Origin: Paraspadella gotoi | Taxonomy: Eukaryota > Animalia > Chaetognatha | Reading direction: 5' to 3' | Length of the DNA stretch: 64,000 bases | Assembly (NCBI GenBank): GCA_051294375.1 | Contig: CM119266.1 | Coordinates: 21,953,875-22,017,874, forward strand | Part shown: one piece after another, positions 45,788 through 58,343 of the stretch | How the letters are laid out: every line of letters starts with the position of its first letter | How positions within the stretch are numbered: the first letter of the stretch is position 1 | The notes under the pieces: model-generated | Told to the model about the DNA's origin: nothing | The model's database searches: none | Seen by the model: the letters and a program-made list of their open reading frames with translations, nothing else | Program-made: the position numbers and the translations under genes

Positions 45788-46629
45788 GGATTTTTGGCAC
45801 ACCTTTCACATCATAATTCACTGTGTCTAAAATATAAAATATTTTATTGTCCAACCTTATTTATCAATTAGAAAAATCTATGGAGTTAATTCAAGTCAAT
45901 TTTCGAGACAAAACTACATCAAATAGCTTTACAAAACAAATCAAAATCAGCAATCTGGCTGGAGGAGGTAGAAGCCATTAATATTGATATCTATATCTTT
46001 AAGGTTGGGGGAGTAGCACAAAGTGTTTCTATATAGTTTATATTCACAAATAAGTGCTATAACTGATAAAATAAGTTTTTTTAAAAAAATATCAGTGTAG
46101 TCACATCCTGGAGGATTTTTTCTGTACAAAACCTATAATATACTAAATATAACACCAAATATTGTATTAAAATAATTCTAATATAGTATTAATAAGTTAA
46201 GCAAGATAGGGTAAAACTGTTTGATAAATTTCATCTTGATTGATCCACAACTTCTCAAAGGAGCTTCTTTGAAACATCCTTGAATTAAATCTCCCCACAT
46301 GCTTTATTTAAGTTGCAAACACTCTGGGTTTCAATGTTATTTTCATTATATTAAGAGTAACATATCTTCACAATGCTCTGGAGAGGCTTCCCCAATAAGT
46401 TGAAGGATGTGGACGAAATGTTGCAGGTGACAATTTTCTTTATGAAAGCCATTCACTTTTAATTAAAAACACCAATTTGTTTTTAAAACTAAACCCCTAA
46501 TCACATTGATATATTTGATTGAGATGCGCTCACATCCTTGTGGATTTTTCTCGGTACAGACTGCTTGAAGGATGACAAATATATATAAAATATTTCTATT
46601 AATTATTTTGATGATCAAATTTGCTAAAA
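45788..46629 (+). repeat. Long inverted repeat, left arm
   Basis: Reverse complement of 49061-49938, e.g. ggatttttggcacacctttcacatcataat vs attatgatgtgaaaggtgtgccaaaaatcc. Confidence 0.9.
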
Positions 46630-47869
46630 TTATGATTATAACACTATATTAGTTTCAATATTATATATTCGTAGGTAACAACATATTTTGTTTCGCGATT
46701 ACATTTTTTAAATTTTTTTATTTTTAATAACAAAAAATGATATTAACATAATTCAAAACAGTAACGCTAAATTATTTCTCCGTGAAACTAAAATAAAAAA
46801 GGTAAGATTTATTAATTGAAAATTTTAAATTAATTTTGAAAAAAATTTACAATTGACTTTTGACAAACAAATAAATTGTCTCTTTTGGTCTTTATATATA
46901 TTTACATAATATATATATATATAGATCTTTTTTTTTACAAAAAAAAAAACAAATTTTTTATTCACTTTTTTTTGCTTTTCTTGTCTGAATCAGTGAATCA
47001 GTTTAAATGTGTTCCTAACTGTAAATCTGGCAAATTTGCAAAATGGCTTCTAAGTAAGTTTCCTGATTGATTGACCGACGACCAACAAACAAGGAAGAAA
47101 ACGATTAAAACGACGCATAGATGACGACGAAAATGACGACGAAGAGAAAGATAAAACTGACGACAAAGAAGACAACAAAGAAGAAGGAGGAGAGAGAAAG
47201 GTGAACTGAATCTCGTGGAACGCGGCCCCGCCCGAATCCCTGGAAGTAGATGAGGAGGAGCGTGAATGAGAAGGAGAGGGGTAATAACCCGCCGTCGGTC
47301 TATTTCCTTTTATTTTGCTTCTAAAAACTATTATCGCCATTTATTCCGCGCTTTTTTCTCAATACAAAATCCCAAATTTACATCCAAGATTTTCGTGGAT
47401 TTATTTTTAGAAAAAGTGAAGAAAAACTCATACGGCAGAAATGTTACGCTTCTCTCCGTCTCTCTCCGTCTCTCTCTGTCTTTCTCTGTGTGTGTCTTTC
47501 TCTCCTCTGTACGATCTCTGCGTGATCGTTTCGTTTTTGAAAAATTCTGATTATTTTTTTTATTTCTATAAAAACTTTTATTATCCGCCATTTACTTCCG
47601 CGTTTTTTCTCAATAACAACAATCCCAAAAATACAATAACTTACTTGGCCTAGAATCGTGGCCGTTGAGGGGCAGCTACTCTCTCTCTCTCTCTCTCTCC
47701 GTCTACTCTCTCTCTGTCTCTCTCCGTCTCTCTCTCTCTGCTCTCTCTCTCTCTATATCTTATTGATCGTATGGGTCCAATATAGATTCCGCCCATTCGA
47801 AGTCGCACGAACCCACTAGTGTTCGTACACTCTCTGTCTCCTCTCTCTCTCTCTCTTCTTAATTGACTA

Positions 47870-48775
47870 ATCGCGTCAATGAATGACTATCATCGCAACG
47901 TGAATGATTATCATCGCATCATATGAATGACTATCATTGCATCAATGAATGAATTATCATCGCATCAATGAATGACTATCATCGCATCAATGAATGAACT
48001 ATCATCGCACTATCTCTAGCGTTGATCGTTCGTTCTTTGAAAAATTCAGATTATTGTAACATTTTTTTTCCTTTCTTTTATTTCTTTAAATTATATATTG
48101 TATTTTTCTTCTTATTTTTGTCAGCTGCTGCCTTTTCTGAACCTAAACTAGTTCAGGCTCTGCAGTGACTGTTCAGCTGCCTTCCAGCGGCTGTCCTGCT
48201 TTCTCTCTCTCTCTCTTTCTCTCTCTGTCTCTGTCTGTCTCCTCTTTTCTCTCTCTTTCTCTCTTTTTCTGTCTCTGTCTGACTTTCTCTTTCTGTCCTC
48301 TCTCTGTCTCTGTACGATCTCTGCGTGATCGTTTTTTGAAAAATTTTGATTATTTTTTCCTTTTTAAAAACTTTATTATCAACCATTTATTCCGCGCTTT
48401 TTTCTCATGCAAAAATCCCAAATTTACATCCGAGATTTTTGTGGATTTATCTCTTTCTTTCTCTCTCTCCTCTTCTCTCCTCTCTCTCATCCTCTTCTCT
48501 TTGAATGAGATGACTTTCATTGCTTCAATTAATGACTATCAATCGTATCAATGAATGATTATCATCACATCAATGAATGAACTATCATCATATCAACCAT
48601 TTGGTTATTATCACATCAATCATTTTGGTTTTCATCACAATCGATAATTTGGTTATCATCGCATCAATTATTGGTTATCATTGCACAAATATTTGGTTAT
48701 CATCGCATCAATCTTTTGGTTATCATCGTATCAATCCTTTGGTTATCATCGCATCAACATATTTGGTTATCATTG
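47870..48775. repeat. Two 21-22-bp minisatellite blocks (aatgaatgactatcatcgcatc at 47870-48010 and 48500-48590, grading into atttggttatcatcgcatcaat to 48775)
   Basis: Directly visible shared core tatcatcgcatcaat. Confidence 0.8.
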
Positions 48776-49060
48776 AAGGGAGGCTCGAACCTATCTTTTA
48801 AGATTTTTACTGCCTATTTTTGTCGGTTTAATGGTTTAAACTACCTAACAATGTATCTAGTTATCAAGTTTCCATTAATGAGGCAAGTGAGGAGTTGAAA
48901 TGTGTGTCATTTTTCTATGTTTCATATCGATACAAGTATTTTTTGTTTGAATTTCCACTTCATTATAATTTACTGCAATAATGCAAATTAGATTATAGTA
49001 CTTTTTCATTAATTTTCTTTGATACTATAGCCTGGCGAGATCCTTATACTTTAAGATTTT

Positions 49061-49938
49061 TTTTTGCAAATTTGATCATCAAAATAATTAAATAGAAATA
49101 TTTTAATATATATTGTGCATCCTTCAAGATCTGTACGGAGAAAATCCACAAGGATGTGAGCGCATCTCAATCAAATATATCAATGGGATTAGGGGTTTAG
49201 TTATAAAAACAAAATTTGTGTTTTTAATTAAAAGTGAATGGCTTTTCATAAAGAAATTGTCACCGGTCAACATTTCGTCCCACATCTTCAACTTATTGGG
49301 GAAGCCTCTACAGAGCATGTCAAGAATGTTACTCTTAATATAATGAAATAACATTGAACCCGAGAGTGTTTTGGCAACTAATAAAGCTATTTTTGAAAGT
49401 ATAATTTTTTTTTGTTTCAGATTGATAGCATGTGGAGATTTAATTCAAGGATGTTCAAAAAAAAGCTCCTTTGAGAAGTTGTGGATCAATCAAGATGAAA
49501 TTTATCAAAAAGTTTTACCCTATCTTGCTTAACTATATAATACTATAGCAGGAGAATTATAATACAATAATTTGGTGTATATTTAGTATATTATAGGTTT
49601 TGTACAGAAAAAATCCTCCCAGGATGTGACGACAACTGATTATTTTTTTAAAAAAACTTATTTTATCATTTAGAGGCACTTATTGGTGAATAAAAACTAT
49701 ATAGAAACACTTCGTGCTACTCCCCAACTTAAAAGATATAGATATCAATATAATGGCTTCTACCTCCTCCAGCAGATTGCTGATGATGTTGTAAAGCTAT
49801 TTGATGTAGTTTTGTCTTGAAATTGATATGGAATTAACTCCATAAGATTTTTCTAACTGATAAATAAGGTTGGACAAATAAAATCTTTTATGTTTTAGAC
49901 ACAGTGAGATTATGATGTGAAAGGTGTGCCAAAAATCC
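49061..49938 (-). repeat. Long inverted repeat, right arm (ends at an N gap; partial extra copy at 49967-50186)
   Basis: Colinear inverted match to 45788-46629 with scattered indels. Confidence 0.9.
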
Positions 49939-50783
49939 ATTNNNNNNNNNNNNNNNNNNNNNNNNNTTTGGCAACTAATAAAGCTATTTTTGAAAGTATA
50001 ATTTTTTTTTGTTTCAGATTGATAGCATGTGGAGATTTAATTCAAGGATGTTTCAAAAAAAGCTCCTTTGAGAAGTTGTGGATCAATCAAGATGAAATTT
50101 ATCAAAAAGTTTTACCCTATCTTGCTTAACTTATTAATACTATAGCAGAAATTATAATACAATATTTGGTGTATATTTTAGTATATNNNNNNNNNNNNNN
50201 NNNNNNNNNNNNNNNNNNNNNNNNNNNNNNNNNNNNNNNNNNNNNNNNNNNNNNNNNNNNNNNNNNNNNNNNNNNNNNNNNNNNNNNNNNNNNNNNNNNN
50301 NNNNNNNNNNNNNNNNNNNNNNNNNNNNNNNNNNNNNNNNNNNNNNNNNNNNNNNNNNNNNNNNNNNNNNNNNNNNNNNNNNNNNNNNNNNNNNNNNNNN
50401 NNNNNNNNNNNNNNNNNNNNNNNNNNNNNNNNNNNNNNNNNNNNNNNNNNNNNNNNNNNNNNNNNNNNNNNNCCCCCCCCCATCTGAGCTTCTCCCGTCA
50501 TCCCGACCCGAACTGAGATTCACCCATTTCGACTTTGATCAAAACTCTCCGCGGCCCTGGAGGCTGGACCCTCCGCCCCATTTCGAGCGTAAGAGGCCGC
50601 GGCGGAGGGGGGGGGGACGAGGGCGGAGGGGCGTCGCCGTCCAATCAAGTCTCACGCGGCGACGTCGAGCGTCTCACTGTGAATCGTTGATCGTTGGACC
50701 GACGCCTGGTGAGTTCGGTCAACTCGGGCGCGGAACAATGGAGAGTAAGAAAAAGGAAGAGGGGGAAAGAAAGAATGACAGAG

Positions 50784-50834
<51 letters not shown>

Positions 50835-51489
50835 ATACAGAAAGAAAGAAAGAAAAAAGAAAGAAAGAGAGAAAAGCTAAGAAAATAAAGGAAAGAAGAA
50901 AAAAAAAAGGAATAAAAATAAAGGAAGTGAAGAAACAAAGGAGTTCTGATTGATCTCCGTCACGCCCCCTGGTCGACCATCGCCGGCCAATTCGCTCACA
51001 GTCTAAAATCGCGCCCTACTTTTTATCCGATAGATCTCGACAGGTGGCGTCGGGTGCAGGGAGGTGCCGGAGGTGGGGAGGGAAGGACAGAGGGAAAAGG
51101 GGGGAAGGAGGGGGGGGGGCGACGACGAGACAGCGGATGTTTGATTCGGTCGTGGATCGTTCCAGTTCGTTGCGTCAAACTTCGCGTCAGGGCGACATAC
51201 GGATTCTGAAGTGCTTGAAGATCTGTGATCCATGTGAGGTCTATCTTCGTTAAATATCCATTGGCGTTCTTATTAAATAATAATCATAGAACCTTCTCTT
51301 TATATGTTACAATATCAGAACTGCCGCTCGGACGATGTTGTCGAAAGATGTAATTCCGAATTCGCGACAGATATCAACTAATAATTAATGAATATATGAA
51401 TAACAAGTGATTGGGTCACGCAATCTTTGCGCGCGTCAACTTTTTCTTCTCCAGTTAACTAAAGGGAGAATCCGCGCATGTACTAGGTC

Positions 51490-51678
51490 GTTTCGTTTTT
51501 GTTTCCATTTCGTTTCCCTTTCGTTTTCCTTTCGTTTCCCTATCGTTTCCCTTTCGTTTCACTTTCGTTTCCCTTTCGTTTCCATTTCGTTTCCTTTTCG
51601 TTTCCCTTTCGTTTCCCTTTCGTTTCCCTTTCGTTTCCATTTCGTTTCCCTTTCGTTTCCCTTTCGTTTCCATTTCGA
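51490..51678. repeat. 11-bp minisatellite (tttcgtttccc/tttcgtttcca), about 17 units
   Basis: Directly visible. Confidence 0.9.
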
Positions 51679-52701
51679 TTGAATTCGATGATTGACGAGG
51701 GAAAGGACAAGTAGAAACGACGGGTCGGGGAAGAAAGGGGAAGATTCACTGTAATCGATCTTTTGGTCATTTCATCGTTTCCCTTTGATCGCCTCATTCC
51801 ATCTTATTACTCTATTCAGTATCACGGAGGTACGAGGTACATTTCCAACTGCTATTAACCTAGTTTTCAATCGATATTTTTTTTAAAATTCGCTAAAATA
51901 ATTTTATTTAAAATACACCAACGTTGAAAAAAATAATGTGGGATACGATTTAAATGGCTTATTATTCGCGTATAAAATTGTCTGTGAATTAATCAACTTT
52001 TTCTTCAAAAAAGGAGGTGAAGGGAGGAAAGAAGAGATGACAGCGGAAGAAATGAGGCAAAGAACGGAAGGAGATTTAATTAAGGCGAGAAGGAGAAAGA
52101 AAAAGAAAAGGAAGGTCGGTGATTTTGTAATCAATCCGTTGGTCGAAACAGTGAGTGAGATTCGTTCGAATTGAAAGGAAGACGGTGAACTGAGGTCGTT
52201 ATCGACAACATTGACGAAGTCGGACAAAGGAAGGAGGACGTAGAAAGTAACGTCGTTGTCCAGAGATGGACAAGGAAATTTGGGACTGGGGAAGGGTTTG
52301 GGTTAGAGGAAAAGGACATCATTGTCTCCAGAGTTTTAACCATAACTGCAGCAGAGAGGCAGCAGCGACCGCAGCGACGTCTCCGAGCCGCTTTCATTGA
52401 CCGCTTTCGCCGCTTTGTTGACTAAAGAAGCGTTGGAACAAAGAAGGATGGAAAGAGGGCGATCGCAGGGTTGGGGGGGGGGTGGGAAATCTGAAAGGGA
52501 TATTCCCGGTATTGGGTCGATTTTTGACAAATTCGTGGTTGAGCGACAGGATTTTCACATTTTATATACGGCATAAAGTTGGTACAATCAATGTAAATTT
52601 GTTTAATAAATAAGTTATCTTGCTTCTGACTTTGGAAAGGCTATGTGCGATAGGGAATTGAAATAATTGAGAGGCTCATCGATATAAAATCTTTAATGAG
52701 C

Positions 52702-52781
<80 letters not shown>

Positions 52782-53021
52782 GATTCCAAAGGGAGAGATA
52801 GATAGATAGATATGGTTATACATGGACCTAGGTACCCTCTGCAAGAAGGACCTATAAGGTAACGATGGGTCCGTTCATTCATTGATTCGTTTTCTAATGC
52901 AGAAAGCAACTTTTTTTTTAACTACACAGAAAAAAAAAATGTGTATCTACTAAAATATTAGTATTCAGAAAAAGGAAATAAAAAATAGAAACCACACAAA
53001 TACTTGATTCTCAAGTAATTC

Positions 53022-53324
53022 CTAATGGCGTGCGACGCAACAATGCTTCATCTTAAAATAACACATAAGGCATTCCCTAATATCAATATTGTCTTCTCGT
53101 AAAATTGAGTCTAGAATAGATTGATGTTGATGTGGGTCCCTTTCCCTTATTTTTGCAATATATTCTCCGAAAACTTCTGTGTGCTTCACAATGTTAAAAA
53201 TCCTCTTCTTTGCGCGTTCTTTCAAGGTAGCTGATAACATATCCCGTCCGATCGCATCAAGTACTGCTTGATTTTCAGTTTGTTGGGGAACTTTAATGAA
53301 CTTTTTGATGGCTTTCATGAACAT
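53022..53324 (-). CDS. Candidate 100-aa orphan protein (MFMKAIKKFIKVPQ...RECLMCYFKMKHCCVARH)
   Basis: Complex, protein-like stop-free frame between two (AG)n tracts; no family recognised. Confidence 0.4.
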   Translation of the reverse strand: MFMKAIKKFIKVPQQTENQAVLDAIGRDMLSATLKERAKKRIFNIVKHTEVFGEYIAKIRERDPHQHQSILDSILREDNIDIRECLMCYFKMKHCCVARH

Positions 53325-53330
53325 TCGGTT

Positions 53331-53404
<74 letters not shown>

Positions 53405-54261
53405 GATTCAACTCTAACCTAAATGTCAACTTGTCTTGACGACCTCGATAACGGCAACGACGATGACAACGACGATGACAACTTCATCGCGAATAAAGCA
53501 GATGCGAAACCGGAGGTAACTTCATCTCTCGTCACGCGATTAAAAAAAAAAAACAAAAGAAAACGCTCTTCGGTGACGAACGTCGAGCGACGAAACTGCA
53601 GATAACAAACTGCGTCATTTTTCACGATCGAGCGCCATCTTGTGGATAGAAATGTTACGTTGACTCCAACAACAACCGCTTGGAAACCTTCGTCGATCCT
53701 TCGAATGTTGTCGTTGGATTCGCTGACTTCACCACATCAACGCTTCCCCCCTTTTTGTCCCCCCCTCTCTCTCTCTTCTTTTTCCCTTCCTGCCGATCTT
53801 CTTTGGTCTCTTGTTCTTAGACAATTAATCTCATTTGCATATCAAATTGTTATCAACTCGCGATCGAGATTTCCGCCGATTATTCACCGAGTTTTGTTTT
53901 GTATTGTTTTTTTTTTTGATTGAGCTGACGTGGCGATGGTTCGGATCAGTCGGAGTTGGATGTGATTAATCAGCGTGGGTTGACCTTGACCCGAAACGCT
54001 CTTCTTATCAATTTAGGTCAGGTTGCTTATTTAACTACCTAACAATGTTCAATGTTCATAGGAAAAAGACAGAATTAATTATTTGTCTTTTATATAGGAT
54101 CATTTCTCATGAACCATTGCTTCTAGCTCCTGGGACAATCGAGGTTTAATTCAATGAGTTTAAGGAATCACACTTTTCCCTGGAGTGGTTCCGCTTTCGT
54201 TGAGCCGCTTTGTGGACAGTGGACACTGGACCGTGGACACTGGACTGTGGACAGTGGTCAC

Positions 54262-54873
54262 TAAGGCGTAGTAAAATTTCTAAATTTAACTATAATTAAA
54301 ATTCTAAAAGTAAGAAACGAACAACATTATACTAATGAACATTTATGTAATAAAAAAATTTATAATAAATTTTACAATTTATGCAGTAGGCCATATTTAT
54401 ACTAGTACTAAACCAATAAATGTTAAAATTTTAAAACAGTTTTTTCTAAGATTTTTTTGCAGATTTGGATTCGTCATAAAAAGTTGATAGAAGGAAATAT
54501 AACTCTTTTTGAAAAATTCCTTCATTAAGTGGATCAAAAATTATAAAAAGCTATATTTTAAGCTGAAAATTAACTTTTTATATATTAAATATAGTTTTTT
54601 TAATTTTTAACCCACTTAATAAAAGAATTTTTAAAAATGATTTATATTTTCTTCTATCAACTTTTGATGAGGAATTCAAATCTGCAATCAAAATTAAGAA
54701 AAGCCTATTTTAAAATTTGTCGATTTTATAAGGATAGTACTATATATAAATATAGCCGACTGCAAAAATTAAAAAACATAAAATTAATTTTTTTTCCAAA
54801 TTAATGTTCACTGATGGTATGTTGTTCATAATTGACTTTTAGAATTTTCGTATGTAACTTTCACTACGCCTTA
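54262..54873. mobile_element. Palindromic (foldback) MITE, ~610 bp, with target-site duplication GTGGTCAC
   Basis: Termini TAAGGCGTAGT...ACTACGCCTTA. Arms are complementary along nearly the whole length (e.g. aaaagttgatagaag / cttctatcaactttt). GTGGTCAC lies on both sides (54254-54261, 54874-54881). Confidence 0.85.
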
Positions 54874-55966
54874 GTGGTCACTGGACAGTGGACACGATTT
54901 CAACGAGACCCACAAAGAGAAGATAATCTCAACAACGGAAATTTCCTCTCGGAAGAATTTCGTTGCTGCAAGATCAATCAAATCCAACGGCGTTGATGTT
55001 ATTTTCCCCCGCAGCAGCCAAAAAGGGGTGAAGGCGGCTCGTCACGTGATCCTTGCAGCCGAAATGGAGGGTCGTTGCCGCCGCCGCCGCCGCAGCAGCA
55101 GCCGCCGCCGCAGCCGCTGTTGAGTGCTGACACTTAAAACGATATTTCGAGCAGCCGTAATCCGATTTTTTTCGTTGTTATTCTGTTTCTCATCGTCGTT
55201 ATCGTTATGCCCGTCGTTGGAGAACGAAGATTCGTCTGTCCGTTCGTTTGTCCGTCCGTTCGTCCGCCCGTCCGTCCGTTTCAGCCATTCGCTATGCTCT
55301 TGGTCATCGCGACCGATCAAGTTTTTCTCGCCGCAGGCTTTTTCATTTTTAAAGAGATGATCCCTCTGGTCGTCGTCGTCGTTGTCGTCGTCGCTGATGT
55401 CGTATTCGTCGTCGTTTTTATTGTTATTGTTATTGTTATCGTTTTTATTTTGGATGATTTACAATCTTTAGGATTAGTTAGATTAGAGGCAATATCGCTT
55501 GTTGAATTACTTAATAATTTAAATATTTTGGTCGTATCAATTTCATGAGACAAATTATTACATTAATACCTTCATAACTTTTCATTCCTTCGGTTATAAT
55601 CAAACTGGATAAGTCGTGATCATCCTTTTTGCATCCGGTTTCTTCGTCTCTCGATTTTCGACTCTTTTTCTATCCCGATCGGCTGAGAACCGCGTTTCCC
55701 CTCTTTAATCCCGTTCGAACGAACACAACATCCCGGACTATTTCCCTCTCGGGAGCCTTTCCGTCCGTTCAGCCAATCGGAGCCTCTCAGCCAATCAGCC
55801 TCTCGACCGACTTTGTTCCGCCACAAAAAAAAAAAAAGATCTTAACCCCGACTCGGCCGAAATTCGTAAGAAGATTTCGGGATAACAACAACAACAACAA
55901 CTCTGAACGAATGAGGCGAGAGAAATCTAGAAGGTTTAGAAATAGAGACGGAGACAGACGTGCAGG

Positions 55967-56026
<60 letters not shown>

Positions 56027-58167
56027 GCATGATGGTTGACGCCTTTTCTAAAATCCACGTCCTGTAATTACCGTAAAAGCGTTCTCGATTTTTTCGGAAA
56101 CGCTGGTCGCCGGAGAACATGGGGTCCGGTTGTATCTGTCAATCAAGGGTCCGGCGGGTACACCCATCGCTTTGTGTTCGGCGAAAACAAAAATGGGTGT
56201 TTGCCGTCATCTCGAAACCCGATAAATATCAATCAAAGGAGATCTAGTTAGTTCAGAGATGCGGCCACGGTTTGAACGAATAGTTATATCAATTGTAAAC
56301 TATTACAAATTTGAGGGCAATTTCCTAATTGATTTTAAAATTACTAATATCCACCATTATAAATTGATTTGTTTTTCCTAAAAAAACTGTAGTTATTAGA
56401 AAAAAATATACTTGATAAATTATCATACCACGAAAGTTAATAAATCATAGTGCTTAACTTATAGTAACTTATACAAGTATGTAGTAAAGTGTGCCTGCGT
56501 CACATCACCAAAATATCGAGCGAGAAATGAACTCCGATCTCAACGCGACATTTTCGTAGCCTCCTTTTTTTTTGTTCTCGTCTTTCCTCCGCCCGTCCGC
56601 CGCGGCCCTTTACCGTTCATTTACCCTCATTTACAAATATTTACAGACGTTTACAGACATTTATTCTCGTTTACAGTTTAAGGTAATCGCTCGAACTGAG
56701 ACCAACCCGTCGAGTCAATTTTTAATTTTCTCTCGAGGTTTGGTTATGTTTTCTGTCACGACTCGGCGTGGCGTCGTTTAGGAGAGAAAATATTAAAAAG
56801 TTCGGAAATTAATTTAGTTCACTCAATCACTTTCATGAATTATTATATTATTATATTATTATATTTTAGATTACAAATACTGGCTGAATAGCTAGAAAGA
56901 AAAGCCGCTACCACAAATCCCCCTTTCGGTTTTTCTTCCCGTGATAACAATGAACCAGATTTCTCAAGTCCGAACTTGAAAAAACCTGTCAGGATTTGGA
57001 GAATTCCAGACGACGGCGAAGCCTCTCGGCTCACAACCCGCTCGCAGCCTCCCAGGCTCACCGCCTTTCAGGCTCACAGCCTTCGCATTCTCGGCCTGAA
57101 ATTCTTTTTTCCTTTTCTCTTGGGATTCGATGGTTGAAGTGAATCCTCGATGCCCGAGGCGATTTTCACAAATCCGCATCGACTGTTGTGAGGTGAAGGG
57201 AGGAAAAAACTTTAATTGCGAAGTGAGTAAAGTTGACGTAAAATACGTACTACTAACTTTTGTGCGCTTATAAAAATCTCTTTAAAATCATTAAAACCCT
57301 AAACACTGCGGATTATGCAAACAGTGCGGAATATGGGTTTTTGCTCAACCTAAACGATAGAATGTCAGAAAAATGATTTATCGTGAAAGTGAAAGAAAAG
57401 TGAAATTTAGTGAAATTTTAAAAAAATCGATCTAACTTGTTTTAATTTGAAATTGTTGGCGTGAAATGTTTGTAACCCTTTTGTGTGCGTGAAAGAAAGA
57501 AAAAATAGAAAAAATAAAAAGAACGTAAATGAAAGAAAAGGAAAGAGGAAGAAAGAGGAAATGAGATTGAAGCAAAGGTTTAGTATTACGGTTCCTCTCA
57601 ACAGTCAACTGCTTTCCTTTCAACTTAAAAGGATTTAGTTTTTTTCTCTCTTTTCTTTCTTGTCATTTCTTCAACTGAAACTCATGATCCGTCATCTGTG
57701 TCGACATTTAAAAAGAGACCGACGTCTGTGACAGCGATTCAAAAAATGTTGAAACAAGGAAATTGGGAATAAATTTGACAAAAAAATATCGCGACTAAAA
57801 AACTCAACAAATTTCGCTTTTCTCTCTTTCTTTTTAATGCGCGTCCCGGTGGCATTGCTCTCTCTCTCTCTCTCTCTCTCTCTTCCTCTCTCTCTCTTCT
57901 CTCTCGCTCTCTCTACTCTCTCATCTCTCTTCTCTCTCTCTCTGTCAAGCTTCGCCTTGAGGCGACGGATCTTAAAATTCTTTGATTTCCACCGCCACAA
58001 AAAACGAAAGATTCATTTTATTCAAAAAATTGAAAAGTAAAAAAAACAACAAAAAAAAAAACAAAAAAAAAAAAAACAAAAAACTGAACGCGCGCCGTGG
58101 TGATCCACACGATTCTATTAGTAATCTATATGCTATTAGTAAGTTTATAAACGGCTCGAGAACTCAG

Positions 58168-58262
58168 TAGCTCTGGCAGGGACTTGAACCGGAGTTACAA
58201 TATTTTCGACACGATTTCGAGATCCGAAGTTCAAGGTCCCAAGTCCTTAAAATACACGAAAC
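58168..58262 (-). mobile_element. Possible tRNA-derived SINE or pseudo-tRNA remnant
   Basis: The minus strand has a B-box-like CCGGTTCAAGTCCC followed by TGCCAGAGC, and an upstream degenerate D/anticodon-like segment. No intact cloverleaf. Confidence 0.3.
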
Positions 58263-58272
58263 GCCCCTCCCC

Positions 58273-58343
<71 letters not shown>

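Noticed and set aside
49967-50186. Third copy of the inverted-repeat arm
   Set aside because: It is a small contig between two gaps duplicating ~49370-49590, most likely an unmerged overlap.
51938-52430. Possible plus-strand exons (MTAEEMRQRTEG...VET|gtgag and a downstream frame)
   Set aside because: I could not join them in a consistent phase and no homology is recognisable.
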